Shown here one piece after another: positions 52,076 through 64,000 of a stretch of 64,000 bases of DNA. Position 1 is the first letter of the stretch, and the number at the start of each line of letters is the position of its first letter. The stretch covers positions 89,406,001 to 89,470,000 of the forward strand of contig NC_058368.1 in assembly GCF_018350175.1 (NCBI RefSeq). The letters are read 5' to 3'. The stretch is from Felis catus (taxonomy: Eukaryota). The position numbers were made by a program, and so were the translations under genes. The notes beneath the pieces were generated by a model. It worked only from the letters and a program-made list of their open reading frames with translations, was not told the origin of the DNA and made no database searches.

Positions 52076-55000
52076 AAATAGACTGCTTTGGTGGTATGTT
52101 GATTCTTTTTGAGCTGAAGGCGCTTGAAAAACAGCAATTGCAGGAAGAAGCTTTCTTTGAATGTCCTTGTTTATGTAAAGACAGATCTTCCAAAAGGAAC
52201 TCAATTCTCATAAACACCCTGCCTGGAATTTCATCAACCGTGGAAGAGTGACTCTTCACAGGAGAGTAGAATAGAAGTCCATACCACATGCAGACAAACT
52301 TGGTCACAAACTATCATACCTCCCATCTCTTCTTAAAAGGCCCATTCATCTTCCTAAAAACCATTTAGTCTCCACTAAGAGGACTACATTTCCTCTCTCC
52401 TTCCCCTATTAAGATGGTAAATGAGCTCTCAAACCTCTTAGCTGTTTGAATATTCGATTTTTCCAGTGGTACCCTATGGTATGGTATAGTAAAAATTAAT
52501 AGATTTGTATACCTCTCCTGTTAATCTTCCAGTTGTTAGTTCACTTCATTGATCCAGCTATGGAACATAGGAGGGTGGAGGGAAAGTGTTTCTTCCTCTA
52601 CCCCATCTCTGCCCTGGCCTTTCTTCAGGCAGTCTTACCAGAAATAGCAACTGCTGACCTTTGTTTTTTTTTTTTTTACAGGACTCCTTTCTGTCCACAA
52701 CTTACCACTGCCTTTGGCCTCATTGGGGGAAAAAACATACTCCTTGAACGCCCTTCCTGTGTCCTGTCTGCACTCCCTCCCTCTAGCCCCTGCTTCCCCC
52801 TCTCCCTTTTTGTCTCTGTCACCTCCCTGTTGTTCCTCCAATAGGCCAGATCTGTTCCTGCTTCTGTTTCTCTGCCTTTATGGCTCCAGATCGTCCCCAA
52901 GCTCACTATCCGTCCCCTTTCAGGGGTGCTTCCCTGACCACGCTAATTAATCTGCAGCCCTCTCCTGCTGGTCCTCCCCACCACCGGCATACTTGACACC
53001 ACCTGAAAGATTGTATATTTTCCATTTTTATCTGCTCATTTGTCTATCCTTTCTGGTCCCATTGTCTTCCCCACTCATGAGGCAGGCATCTTTCTCTTGT
53101 GTTCCTTAATTTTTCTATTGTGCCTAGAAAAGTGCATAATGATATGCTCAATAAATACTTGTTAAATGGATAAATGGAGAGGGAGGTGTTTGAATGGAAG
53201 TGAGCAAGGGATGCCTACAAATTCCCACCTTTTAAGACTCACCATGTACAGAAAGGATGATCCAAGGTTCTGATGAGCATAAGAAGAGCCTTCTCCATTG
53301 AGGAGAGGGGGGATTTTCTTACAGTTGTCGCAAGTGGAGAGATTCACTTACTTCCACTTACATACTCAAAGGGAGCTCTTTACCCTCCACAGACTGACTC
53401 ATTGCAGACACTTTTGATGTTCTCTCTCCACCGTCCCCTGGGATCCTTTTTGCCAAGTTTCTGAAGCGTATGCCCACCCAAGCTGTTCAGGTGCTTCAGT
53501 AAGCTGCTCTCTTGGCAACATTCCCTGAAGGATGACTAATTGCATGTTTAACTAGTGAGCCACCAACCAGGAGGAGAGGAACATCACAAAAGTCCAAGGG
53601 ACAAGTGAGCAAAGAAAAAACCTCAGAAAGGCAGAGCCTGGATAATGAAGGATGTGGACACCCAAACTCCATGACCTGAACAAATTTCTGCCACACTAAT
53701 TCCTGCCCTAGTGTTCAGACCTATATTGAACTTGAGGTTGTATGTATGCTTCTGTTAAACATTATTTTCTTCAGTAAGAATTAGCATAGGGCTAACTAAG
53801 GCAAGGCTCTTGGTAGAATTCTCAGGATCTTGTCACCCAGCATGCAAGAGTGTGTTCACAGATGTGAACAGAGAGACAAGTGGGAGGGAATGTGGGAAAT
53901 TTATAAAAATAAAACTTCACATCTGTATGTGGATAAACATTTCTCATTTTGTCTTCCAAATAGCTCTATAAGGCATTATACAACCATATCTGTATTCAGA
54001 TGAAGGATCTGAGTTTGGGACATTGAAAGATATATACCTGGAAGTCTTGCTAGGTGACCTCCCAGGCTTCACTAGGGACCTGTTCTCTTGGGCTTGAGCA
54101 GGTTCTCTGCCCTCCCACACTCTCTGAGCCACCCAGGAGGTGGCATGGTTCACTGTTTATACAGTGAACCCACATCTTTTCCACCAGCCAGCACTGGCCC
54201 TCAGCACCACAAACACAAAGCCAGCATCCCATCACCGCAGGTGCAGTTTGCTCACTCACCAGCTCTGGAGAGAAAAAAGATTTCTAGTGTCAGAGATCAT
54301 GAATGTTTCTAGTAACACAACAGAAAATACTGAGTCTAGTGAAGTGCTCCCAGGAGCTCCTGACACAGGAACACTCCACAGACTTGTCCTCCATGGGAAA
54401 TGCAGGCACTGGGTGCCCCTGAGTTCACTGCAGTGAGAAAGGAACTGGAGAGACCCTGTCCTGCCTGGGTAAAGTGTGAAGGACAGCAGGAAGGATAACA
54501 GCTTCTGACTTGAGTTCCTCCCTCAGGAAGACTTAGCTGATAGTTGAAGACCCACATTTATAAAATATGAAAGTGAAACTATCATTTCTGTACAAAACAA
54601 GCAGTTCCAGGAAAACAAACATGAAAGTCTTGTGACTTCAGGTGACTCAGAGAGTAGGGGGAGGGCAGAGAGACACCAGAGATCATGGGACACAGGTCTC
54701 CAATGACCCCTGTGAGGTCATCTAGCCAAGACTCCTATGGGAGCACTGGAGACAGGGAGGAGGGCTGTGAGTGAGTTTCCAAAGCTTCCAGTAAAGGAGA
54801 GATGCTTTTCCCATCAGAAAGGGGAGAGACTGTAACATTTCTCTGTGTTTCTGTTTCCTTTATTTTTAGGAACTCTGTTGCTGGCTGCCACATTGTCATC
54901 TTTGGGGGTAGATGACCCTGCCAGGTCATGGGGTCACTTCTCATGAGTGACTTAAGGAGGGGCTCTGAAGAAATTTGGCAAAATATCAGGGAGTGGGACA

Positions 55001-55079
55001 CAGAAAGGGAGGAAGGAGCTTGGACTCTAAGATTTATATTGAAGATCAAGAGGAAACTACCAAAGTTTCTTTAGAAGAA

Positions 55080-56293
55080 GGAGAACATAGGAAGATTTGC
55101 TGTATCAGATAAGATTTATTCCAATGCTATAGTGTCTAAGACATTTGGATGTTAGCACAGAGATAGGACAACTGACCCACAGAAAGGAACACAAATCCAT
55201 GTATAAGATTCAGGAATGTGTGGAATTCTGTTGCATGGAAGAAATGCAGGGGATGTGAATGGGTATAGAAGGCACTACCTAGTAAATGGAGCTGCAAAAC
55301 TGGTTCTCTGTATACACAGAGGTTATTGAATCTCTATTTACATCACTTATGATAATCAACTCCAGACAGATTAAAAAAAGCATTTTATTATTATTTGAAA
55401 AAATGTTTATTCATTTCTGAGAGAAAGAGAGAGAGCACAAGTCAGGGTGGGGCAGAGAGAGAGGGAGACAGAGGATCTGCAACAGGCCCTGTGCTGATAG
55501 CAGAAACCGTGAGATCATGACCTGAGCTGAAGTCGGATGCTTAACTGACTGAGTACCCAGGTGCCCCTCCAGATGGATTTAAGACCTAAATCTCAAATGG
55601 AAACTGTAGAAGAACATATAGCTGTTCTTTAGGGAAAGATTTCTTAAATGAAGTGATTCCTGTATAAAGATACCAAGATGACAGCCACATAAAGCAGACT
55701 GACAAATGCGATGCCTTTGACAACATTAGAATGAAAAGCTTCCCTACATGAAAACAAATACAAAAAGAAATCTTAAAAATCTTCACAAATCTGGAAAGGA
55801 TATTTGCACAAATGTAGTCAACTAAGGATGAATGGAAAGAAGGCATTAAATTTTTTTTCAGAATTCACTATGGAAAAGTGAAACAATCCATGATATAGGA
55901 AAAATGAGCAAAAGACATGGACAGAACTCTCTTAGAAAAAGAAATATGTTAGGGCAAAACAAAAAAAGAGAGAGAGAGAAAGTGCCATAGATGAATTAGT
56001 AATGAGGCAAATACACTCTAAGATGGCATTGTACATTAATACTATTGAAAAAGTTATAAAGTTGGACAGAATTGGGTATTGGTAAGAATGTATGTAGATT
56101 GGAGATCTCTAAAACATGGCAGCTGGGAATGTAAACCAATACCATCACTTTACGGTATGGCTGAATCTTATAAAAGTGAACATTCATGTGTCTCAGAACT
56201 CAAGTTTCCACTCCTAACACTATACTGAAGAGTCATTCTGTAAAACTGTACAGGAGACATGTGGACAAGCGCTCCTAGCAGAAGTCTTCATAA

Positions 56294-56325
<32 letters not shown>

Positions 56326-56600
56326 GAAAAAAGAAAAAAGAAAAAAGGAGAGAGTAAGCATTGACAGGAAATGGGTAAATAAGTTGAGCTACACAGTGTT
56401 GAAAGGAATAAACCATAGTTATATAGAAAGGAATTAATCTTTTAGCATAGTGTTGTGATAAAGAACCAGTCAAATACCTCTTAAATAAAGCTTCAGGAAA
56501 ACAAAACCATATATTGTTTAGGCATGCATATGTAAGTGATAGCACCACAAATAAAAGAAAGGAATCATAAATCTGTACTCATGACATTGTTACCCGGGAG
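55080..56600 (+). mobile_element. Ancient degraded L1 ORF2/3' fragment with SINE insertion
   Basis: A-rich degenerate L1 motifs (GATGGATTTAAGACCTAAAT, GGATATTTGCA, GCAAAAGACATGGACAGA). Confidence 0.55.
55385..55567 (-). mobile_element. CAN-SINE (internally deleted)
   Basis: Canonical head and tail. Confidence 0.85.
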
Positions 56601-56714
56601 CTGTGGACAGAACTGGAGTGAATAGGAACAGATTGGTGTGAGTTGTTAGAGATGTTCTTTTTCTTGGGATGTTTGTTCAGTGCTCATTATATTACCTGAG
56701 AAGGTAAAAGATTT

Positions 56715-58214
56715 TATTTACTTTTTATTTTTTATTCTTTTTAATTTAATCTTTTATTTTTTAAAATTTACATCCAAATTAGTTAGCATATAGTGCAACA
56801 ATGGTTTCAGGAGTAGATTCCTTAGTGCCTCTTACCCATTTAGCCCATCCCCTCTCCCACAGCCCCTCCCGTAACCCTCAGTTTGTTCTCCATACTTATG
56901 AGTCTCTTCTGTTTTGTCCCCCTCCCTGTTTTTATATTATTTTTGTTTCCCTTCCCTTGTGTTCATCTGTTTTGTCTCTTAAAGTCCTCATATGAGTGAA
57001 GTCATATGATTTTTGTCTTTTTCTAACTGACTAATTTCACTTAGCAAAGTACCCTCTAGTTCCATCCATGTAGTTGCAAATGGCAAGATTTCATTCTTTT
57101 TGATTGCTGAGTAATACTCCATTGTATATATATACCACATCTTCTTTATCCACTCATCCATCGATGGGCATTTGGGCTCTTTCCATACTTAGGCTATTGT
57201 TGATAGTGGGGTGCATAAACATTGGGGTGCGTGTGTCCCTTCGAAACAGCACACCTGTATCCTGTGAATAAATGTCTAGTAGTGCAATTGCTGGGTCATA
57301 GGGTAGTCCTATTTTTAGTTTTTTGAGGAACCTCCATACTGTTTTCCAGAGTGGCTGAACCAGCTTGCATTACCACCAACAATGCAAAAGATATCCTCTT
57401 TCTCCACATCCTCGCCAACATCTGTTGTTGCTCGAATTGTTAATGTTAGCCATTCTGACAGGTGTCAGGTGGTATCTCATTGTGGTTTTGATTTGTATTT
57501 CCCTGATGATGAGTGATGTTGAGCATTTTTTCATGTGTCGGTTGGCCATCTGGATGTCTTCTTTGGAGAAGTGTCTATTCATGTCTTTTGCCCATCTCTT
57601 CACTGGATTATTTGTTTTTTGGGTGTTGAGTTTGATTACTTGTTTACAGATTTTGGATACTAACCCTTTATATGATATGTAGTTTGAGAATATCTTCTCC
57701 CATTCCCCTGGTTGCCTTTCAGTTTTCCTGATTGTTTCCTTTGCTGTGCAGACGCTTTCTATTTTGATGAGGTCCCAATAGTTCATTTTTGTTTTTGTTT
57801 CCCTTTCCTCTGGAGACGTGTTGACTAAGAAGTTGCTGCGGCCAAGGTCAAAGAGGTTTTTGCCTACTTTCTCCTCGAGGATTTTGATGCTTCCTGTCTT
57901 ACATTGAGGTCTTTCATCCATTTTGAGTTTATTTTTGTGTATGGGGTAAGAAAGTGGTCCAGGTTCATTCTTCTGCATGTTGGTGTCCAGTTTTCCCAGC
58001 ACCACTTGCTGAAAAGACTGTCTTTATTCCATTTGATATTCTTTCCTACTTTGTCAAAGATTAGTTGGCCATACGTTTGTGGGTCCATTTCTGGGTTTTC
58101 TATTCTGTTCCATTGATCTCAGTGTCTGTTCTTGTGCCAGTACCATACTGTCTTGATAACTACAGCTTTGTAGTGTAGCTTCAAGTCTGGGATTGTGATG
58201 CCTCTTGCTTTGGT
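56715..58214 (-). mobile_element. Older carnivore L1 3' portion, abutting the poly(A) of the young L1
   Basis: Degenerate ORF2 C-terminus (57370-58088 ORFs, GYLLHCWW) and 3'UTR; ends at the young L1 tail. Confidence 0.88.
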
Positions 58215-58474
58215 TTTCTTTTCTTTTTCTTTTTTTTTCTTTTTTTTTTAATATATGAAATTTATTGTCAAATTGGTTTCCATACATCACCCAGTGCTCA
58301 TCCCAAAAGGTGCCCTACTCAATACCCATCACACACCCTCTCCTCCCTCCCACCCCCCATCAACCCTCAGTTTGTTCTCAGTTTTTAACAGTCTCTTATG
58401 CTTTGGCTCTCTCCCACTCTAACCTCTTTTTTTTTTTTTTCCTTCCCCTCCCCCATGGGTTCCTGTTAAGTTTC

Positions 58475-61400
58475 TCAGGATCCACATAAGAGTGAAACCA
58501 TATGGTATCTGCCTTTCTCTGTATGGCTTATTTCACTTAGCATCACACTCTCCAGTTCCATCCACGTTGCTACAAAAGGCCATATTTCCTTTTTTCTCAT
58601 TGCCACGTAGAATTCCATTGTGTATATAAACCACAATTTCTTTATCCATTCATCAGTTGATGGACATTTAGGCTCTTTCCATACTTTGGCTATTGTTGAG
58701 AGTGCTGCTATAAACATTGGGGTACAAGTGCCCCTATGCATCCGTACTCCTGTATCCCTTGGATAAATTCCTAGCAGTGCTATGGCTGGGTCATAGGGTA
58801 GGTCTATTTTTAATTTTCTGAGGAACCTCCACACTGCTTTCCAGAGCGGCTGCACCAATTTGCATTCCCACCAACAGGGCAAGAGGGTTCCCGTTTCTCC
58901 ACATCCTCTCCAGCATCTATAGTCTCCTGATTTGTTCATTTTGGCCACTCTGACTGGCGTGAGGTGATATCTGAGTGTGGTTTTGATTTGTATTTCCCTG
59001 ATAAGGAGCGACGCTGAACATCTTTTCATGTGCCTGTTGGCCATCCGGATGTCTTCTTTAGAGAAGTGTCTATTCATGTTTTCTGCCCATTTCTTCACTG
59101 GGTTATTTGTTTTTCGGGTGTGGAGTTTGGTGAGCTCTTTATAGATTTTGGATACTAGCCCTTTGTCCGATATGTCATTTGCAAATATCTTTTCCCATTC
59201 CGTTGGTTGCCTTTTAGTTTTGTTGGTTGTTTCCTTTGCTGTGCAGAAGCTTTTTATCTTCATAAGGTCCCAGTAATTCACTTTTGCTTTTAATTCCCTT
59301 GCCTTTGGGGATGTGTCGAGTAAGAGATTGCTATGGCTGAGGTCAGAGAGGTCTTTTCCTGCTTTCTCCTCTAAGGTTTTGATGGTTTCCTGTCTCACAT
59401 TCAGGTCCTTTATCCATTTTGAGTTTATTTTTGTGAATGGTGTGAGAAAGTGGTCTAGTTTCAACCTTCTGCATGTTGCTGTCCAGTTCTCCCAGCACCA
59501 TTTGTTAAAGAGACTGTCTTTTTTCCATTGGATGTTCTTTCCTGCTTTGTCAAAGATGAGTTGGCCATACGTTTGTGGGTCTAGTTCTGGAGTTTCTATT
59601 CTATTCCATTGGTCTATGTGTCTGTTTTTGTGCCAATACCATGCTGTCTTGATGATGACAGCTTTGTAGTAGAGGCTAAAGTGTGGGATTGTGATGCCTC
59701 CTGCTTTGGTCTTCTTCTTCAGAATTCCTTTGGCTATTCGGGGCCTTTTGTGGTTCCATATGAATTTTAGGATGGCTTGTTCTAGTTTCGAGAAGAATGC
59801 TGGTGCAATTTTGATTGGGATTGCATTGAATGTGTAGATAGCTTTGGGTAGTATTGACATTTTGACAATATTTAATCTTCCAATCCATGAGCAGGGAATG
59901 TCTTTCCATTTCTTTAAATCTTCTTCAATTACCTTCATAAGCTTTCTATAGCTTTCAGCATACAGATCCTTTACATCTTTGGTTAGATTTATTCCTAGGT
60001 ATTTTATGCTTCTTGGTGCAATTGTGAATGGGATCAGTTTCTTTATTTGTCTTTCTGTTGCTTCATTGTTAGTGTATAAGAATGCAACTGATTTCTGTAC
60101 ATTGATTTTGTATCCTGCAACTTTGCTGAATTCCTGTATCAGTTCTAGCAGACTTTTGGTGGAGTCTATCGGATTTTCCATGTATAATATCATGTCATCT
60201 GCAAAAAGCGAAAGCTTGACTTCATCTTTGCCAATTTTGATGCCTTTGATTTCCTTTTGTTGTCTGATTGCTGATGCTAGAACTTCCAGCACTATGTTAA
60301 ACAACAGCGGTGAGAGTGGGCATCCCTGTCGTGTTCCTGATCTCAGGGAAAAAGCTCTCAGTTTTTCCCCGTTGAGGATGATGTTAGCTGTGGGCATTTC
60401 ATAAATGGCTTTTATGATCTTTAAGTATGTTCCTTCTATCCCGACTTTCTCAAGGGTTTTTATTAAGAAAAGGTGCTGGATTTTGTCAAAGGCCTTTTCT
60501 GCATCGATTGACAGGATCATATGGTTCTTCTCTTTTTTTTTGGTTAATGTGATGTATCACGTTGATTGATTTGCGAATGTTGAACCAGCCCTGCATCCCA
60601 GGAATGAATCCCACTTGATCATGGTGAATAATTCTTTTCATATGCCGTTGAATTCGATTTGCTAGTATCTTATTGAGAATTTTTGCATCCATATTCATCA
60701 GGGATATTGGCCTGTAGTTCTCTTTTGTTACTGGGTCTCTGTCTGGTTTAGGAATCAAAGTAATACTGGCTTCATAGAATGCGTCTGGAAGTTTTCCTTC
60801 CCCTTCTATTTCTTGGAATAGCTTGAGAAGGATAGGTATTATCTCTGCTTTAAACATCTGGTAGAACTCCCCTGGGAAGCCATCTGGTCCTGGACTCTTA
60901 TTTGTTGGGAGATATTTGATAACCGATTCAATTTCTTCGCTGGTTATGGGTCTGTTCAAGCTTTCTATTTCCTCCTGATTGAGTTTTGGAAGAGTGTGGG
61001 TGTTCAGGAATTTGTCCATTTCTTCCAGGTTGTCCAATTTGTTGGCATATAATTTTTCACAGTATTCCCTGATAATTGTTTGTATCTCTGAGGGATTGGC
61101 TGTAATAATTCCATTTTCATTCATGATTGTATCTATTTGGGTCATCTCCCTTTTCTTTTTGAGAAGCCTGGCTAGAGGTTTGTCAATTTTGTTTATTTTT
61201 TCAAAAAACCAACTCTTGGTTTCGTTGATCTGCTCTACAGTTTTTTTAGATTCTATATTGTTTATTTCTGCTCTGATCTTTATTATTTCTCTTCTTCTGC
61301 TGGGTTTAGGCTGCCTTTGCTGTTCTGCTTCTAGTTCCTTTAGGTGTGCTGTTAGATTTTGTATTTGGGATTTTTCTTGTTTCTTGAGATAGGCCTGGAT

Positions 61401-62300
61401 TGCAATGTATTTTCCTCTCAGGACTGCCTTCGCTGCGTCCCAAAGCGTTTGGATTGTTGTATTTTCATTTTCGTTTGTTTCCATATATTTTTAAATTTCT
61501 TCTCTAATTGCCTGGTTGACCCACTCATTCGTTAGTAGGGTGTTCTTTAACCTCCATGCTTTTGGAGGTTTTCCAGACTTTTTCCTGTGGTTGATTTCAA
61601 GCTTCATAGCATTGTGGTCTGAAAGTATGCATGGTATAATTTCAATTCTTGTGAACTTATGAAGGGCTGTTTTGTGACCCAGTATATGATCTATCTTGGA
61701 GAATGTTCCATGTGCACTCGAGAAGAAAGTATATTCTGTTGCTTTGGGACGCAGAGTTCTAAATATATCTGTCAAGTCCATCTGATCCAATGTCTCATTC
61801 AGGGCCCTTGTTTCTTTATTGACCGTGTGTCTAGATGATCTATCCATTTCTGCAAGTGGGGTATTAAAGTCCCCTGCAATTACCACATTCTTATCAATAA
61901 GGTTGCTTATGTTTATGAGCAATTGTTTTATATATTTGGGGGCTCCGGTATTCGGCGCATAGACATTTGTAATTGTTAGCTCTTCCTGATGGATAGACCC
62001 TGTAATTATTATATAATGCCCTTCTTCATCTCTTGTTACAGCCTTTAATTTAAAGTCTAGTTTGTCTGATATAAGTATGGCTACTCCAGCTTTCTTTTGG
62101 CTTCCAGTAGCATGATAAATAGTTCTCCATCCCCTCACTCTCAATCTAAAGGTGTCCTCAGGTCTAAAATGAGTCTCTTGTAGACAGCAAATAGATGGGT
62201 CTTGTTTTTTTATCCATTCTGATACCCTATGTCTTTTGGTTGGCGCATTTAATCCATTTACATTCAGTGTTATTATAGAAAGATACGGGTTGAGAGTCAT
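58475..62300 (-). pseudogene. L1 ORF2, disabled by one nonsense codon and one frameshift
   Basis: Starts MTLNPYLSIITLNVNGLN at 62300; in-frame TAA at 61493-61491; frameshift in the A-run near 60535; RT and C-terminus continue to 58475. Confidence 0.92.
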
Positions 62301-62350
62301 TGTGATGTCTGTATGTTTTATGCTTGTAGTGATGTCTCTGGGACTTTGTC

Positions 62351-63244
62351 TCACAGGGTCCCCCTTAGGATCTCTTGTAGGGCTGGTTTAGTGGTGACAA
62401 ATTCCTTCAGTTTTTGTTTGTTTGGGAAGACCTTTATCTCTCCTTCTATTCTAAATGACAGACCTGCTGGATAAAGGATTCTCGGCTGCATATTTTTTCT
62501 GTTTAGCACACTGAAGATCTCGTGCCAATTCTTTCTGGCCTGCCAAGTTTCAAAAGAGAGATCAGTCACGAGTCTTATAGGTCTCCCTTTATATGTGAGG
62601 GCACGTTTATCCCTTGCTGCTTTCAGAATTTTCTCTTTATCCTTGTATTTTGCCAGTTTCACTATGATATGTCGTGCAGAAGATCGATTCAAGTTAGGTC
62701 TGAAGGGAGTTCTCTGTGCCTCTTGGATTTCAATGCCTTTTTCCTTCCCCAGTTCAGGGAAGTTCTCAGCTATAATTTCTTCAAGTACCCCTTCAGCACC
62801 TTTCCCTCTCTCTTCCTCCTCTGGGATACCAACTATGCGTATATTATTTCTTTTTAGTGTATCACTTAGTTCTCTAATTTTCCCCTCATACTCCTGGATT
62901 TTTTTATCTCTCTTTCTCTCAGCTTCCTCTTTTTCCATAACTTTATCTTCTAGTTCACCTATTCTCTCCTCTGCCTCTTCAAGCCGAGCTGTCGTCGTTT
63001 CCATTTTGTTTTGCATTTCGTTTAAAGCGCTTTTCAGCTCCTCGTGACTGTTCCTTAGTCCCTTGATCTCTGTAGCAAGAGATTCTCTGCTGTCCTCTAT
63101 ACTGTTTTCAAGCCCAGCGATTAATTTTATGACTATTATTCTAAATTCACTTTCTGTTATATTATTTAAATCCTTTTTGATCAGTTCATTAGCTGTTGTT
63201 ATTTCCTGGAGATTCTTCTGAGGGGAATTCTTCCGCTTGGTCAT
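62351..63244 (-). CDS. L1 ORF1p, intact (297 aa from MTKRKN)
   Basis: Coiled coil, RNNIRIVGIPE, ILYPA and FPNKQKL motifs. Confidence 0.92.
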   Translation of the reverse strand: MTKRKNSPQKNLQEITTANELIKKDLNNITESEFRIIVIKLIAGLENSIEDSRESLATEIKGLRNSHEELKSALNEMQNKMETTTARLEEAEERIGELEDKVMEKEEAERKRDKKIQEYEGKIRELSDTLKRNNIRIVGIPEEEERGKGAEGVLEEIIAENFPELGKEKGIEIQEAQRTPFRPNLNRSSARHIIVKLAKYKDKEKILKAARDKRALTYKGRPIRLVTDLSFETWQARKNWHEIFSVLNRKNMQPRILYPAGLSFRIEGEIKVFPNKQKLKEFVTTKPALQEILRGTL

Positions 63245-64000
63245 TTTGGATAGTCCCTGGAGTGGTGAGGACCTGCAGGGCACTTCCCCTGTGCTGTGGT
63301 GTATAACTGGAGTTGGTGGGCGGGGCCGCAGTCAGACCTGATGTCTGCCCCCAGCCCACCGCTGGGGCCACAGTCAGACTGGTGTGTGCCTTCTCTTCCC
63401 CTCTCCTAGGGGCGGGATTCACTGTGGGGTGGCCTGGCCCATCTGGGCTACTTGCACACTGCCAGGCTTGTGATGCTGGGGATCTGGCGTATTAGCTGGG
63501 GTGGGTAGGCAAGGTGCACGGGGGCAGGAGGGGCAGGCTTAGATCGCTTCTCCTTAGGTGATCCACTTCAGGAGGGGCCCTGTGGCAGCGGGAGGGAGTC
63601 AGATCCGCTGCCGGAGGTTTGGCTCCGCAGAAGCACAGAGTTGGGTGTTTGCGCGGAGCGAGCAAGTTCCCTGGCAGGAACTGGTTCCCTCTGGGATTTT
63701 GGCTGGGGGATGGGCGGGGGAGATGGCACTGGCGAGTGCCTTTGTTCCCCACCAAACTGAGCTCTGTCGTCCAGGGGCTCAGCAGCTCTCCCTCCCTTTG
63801 TCCTCCAGCCTTCCCGCTTTCCGAGCAGAGCTGTTAACTTATGACCTCCCAGACGCTAAGTCGCGCTTGCTGTCGGAACACAGTCCGTCAGGCCCCTCCG
63901 CTTTTGCCAGCCAGACTCGGGGGCTCTGCTTGGCCGGCGAGCCGTCCCTCCGCCCCGGCTCCCTCCCGCCAGTCCGTGGAGCGTGCACCGCCTCGCCGTC

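Larger units (their letters stand above)
58215..64000 (-). mobile_element. Near full-length young felid LINE-1 (5'UTR reaches the window edge)
   Basis: GC-rich 5'UTR, ORF1, ORF2 (EN, RT with FADD, C-terminal Cys domain), 3'UTR, poly(A) at ~58215-58250. Confidence 0.97.

Overview
Mammalian genomic DNA, almost certainly felid: it is dense in carnivore tRNA-derived CAN-SINEs and cat-type L1. All genes are on the minus strand. Left: RACK1 (GNB2L1) coding exons 1-7, with intronic box C/D snoRNAs SNORD95 and SNORD96A and a 5'TOP-type promoter. At 18.1-18.9 kb is the main coding exon of TRIM52 (split RING with an acidic loop, plus a B-box). The key result is a complete, apparently intact 7-exon non-classical MHC class I-like gene at 28767-41867, lying next to RACK1/TRIM52 rather than in an MHC context. 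I assembled it by hand from splice sites: leader, alpha1, alpha2, alpha3, TM and two cytoplasmic exons, 356 aa, ending in a dileucine sorting motif. It is probably the little-studied MR1-related 'MHX' lineage (inference). The right third is repeat-rich. It includes two near-identical young L1 copies in inverted orientation that share a zinc-knuckle-breaking substitution.
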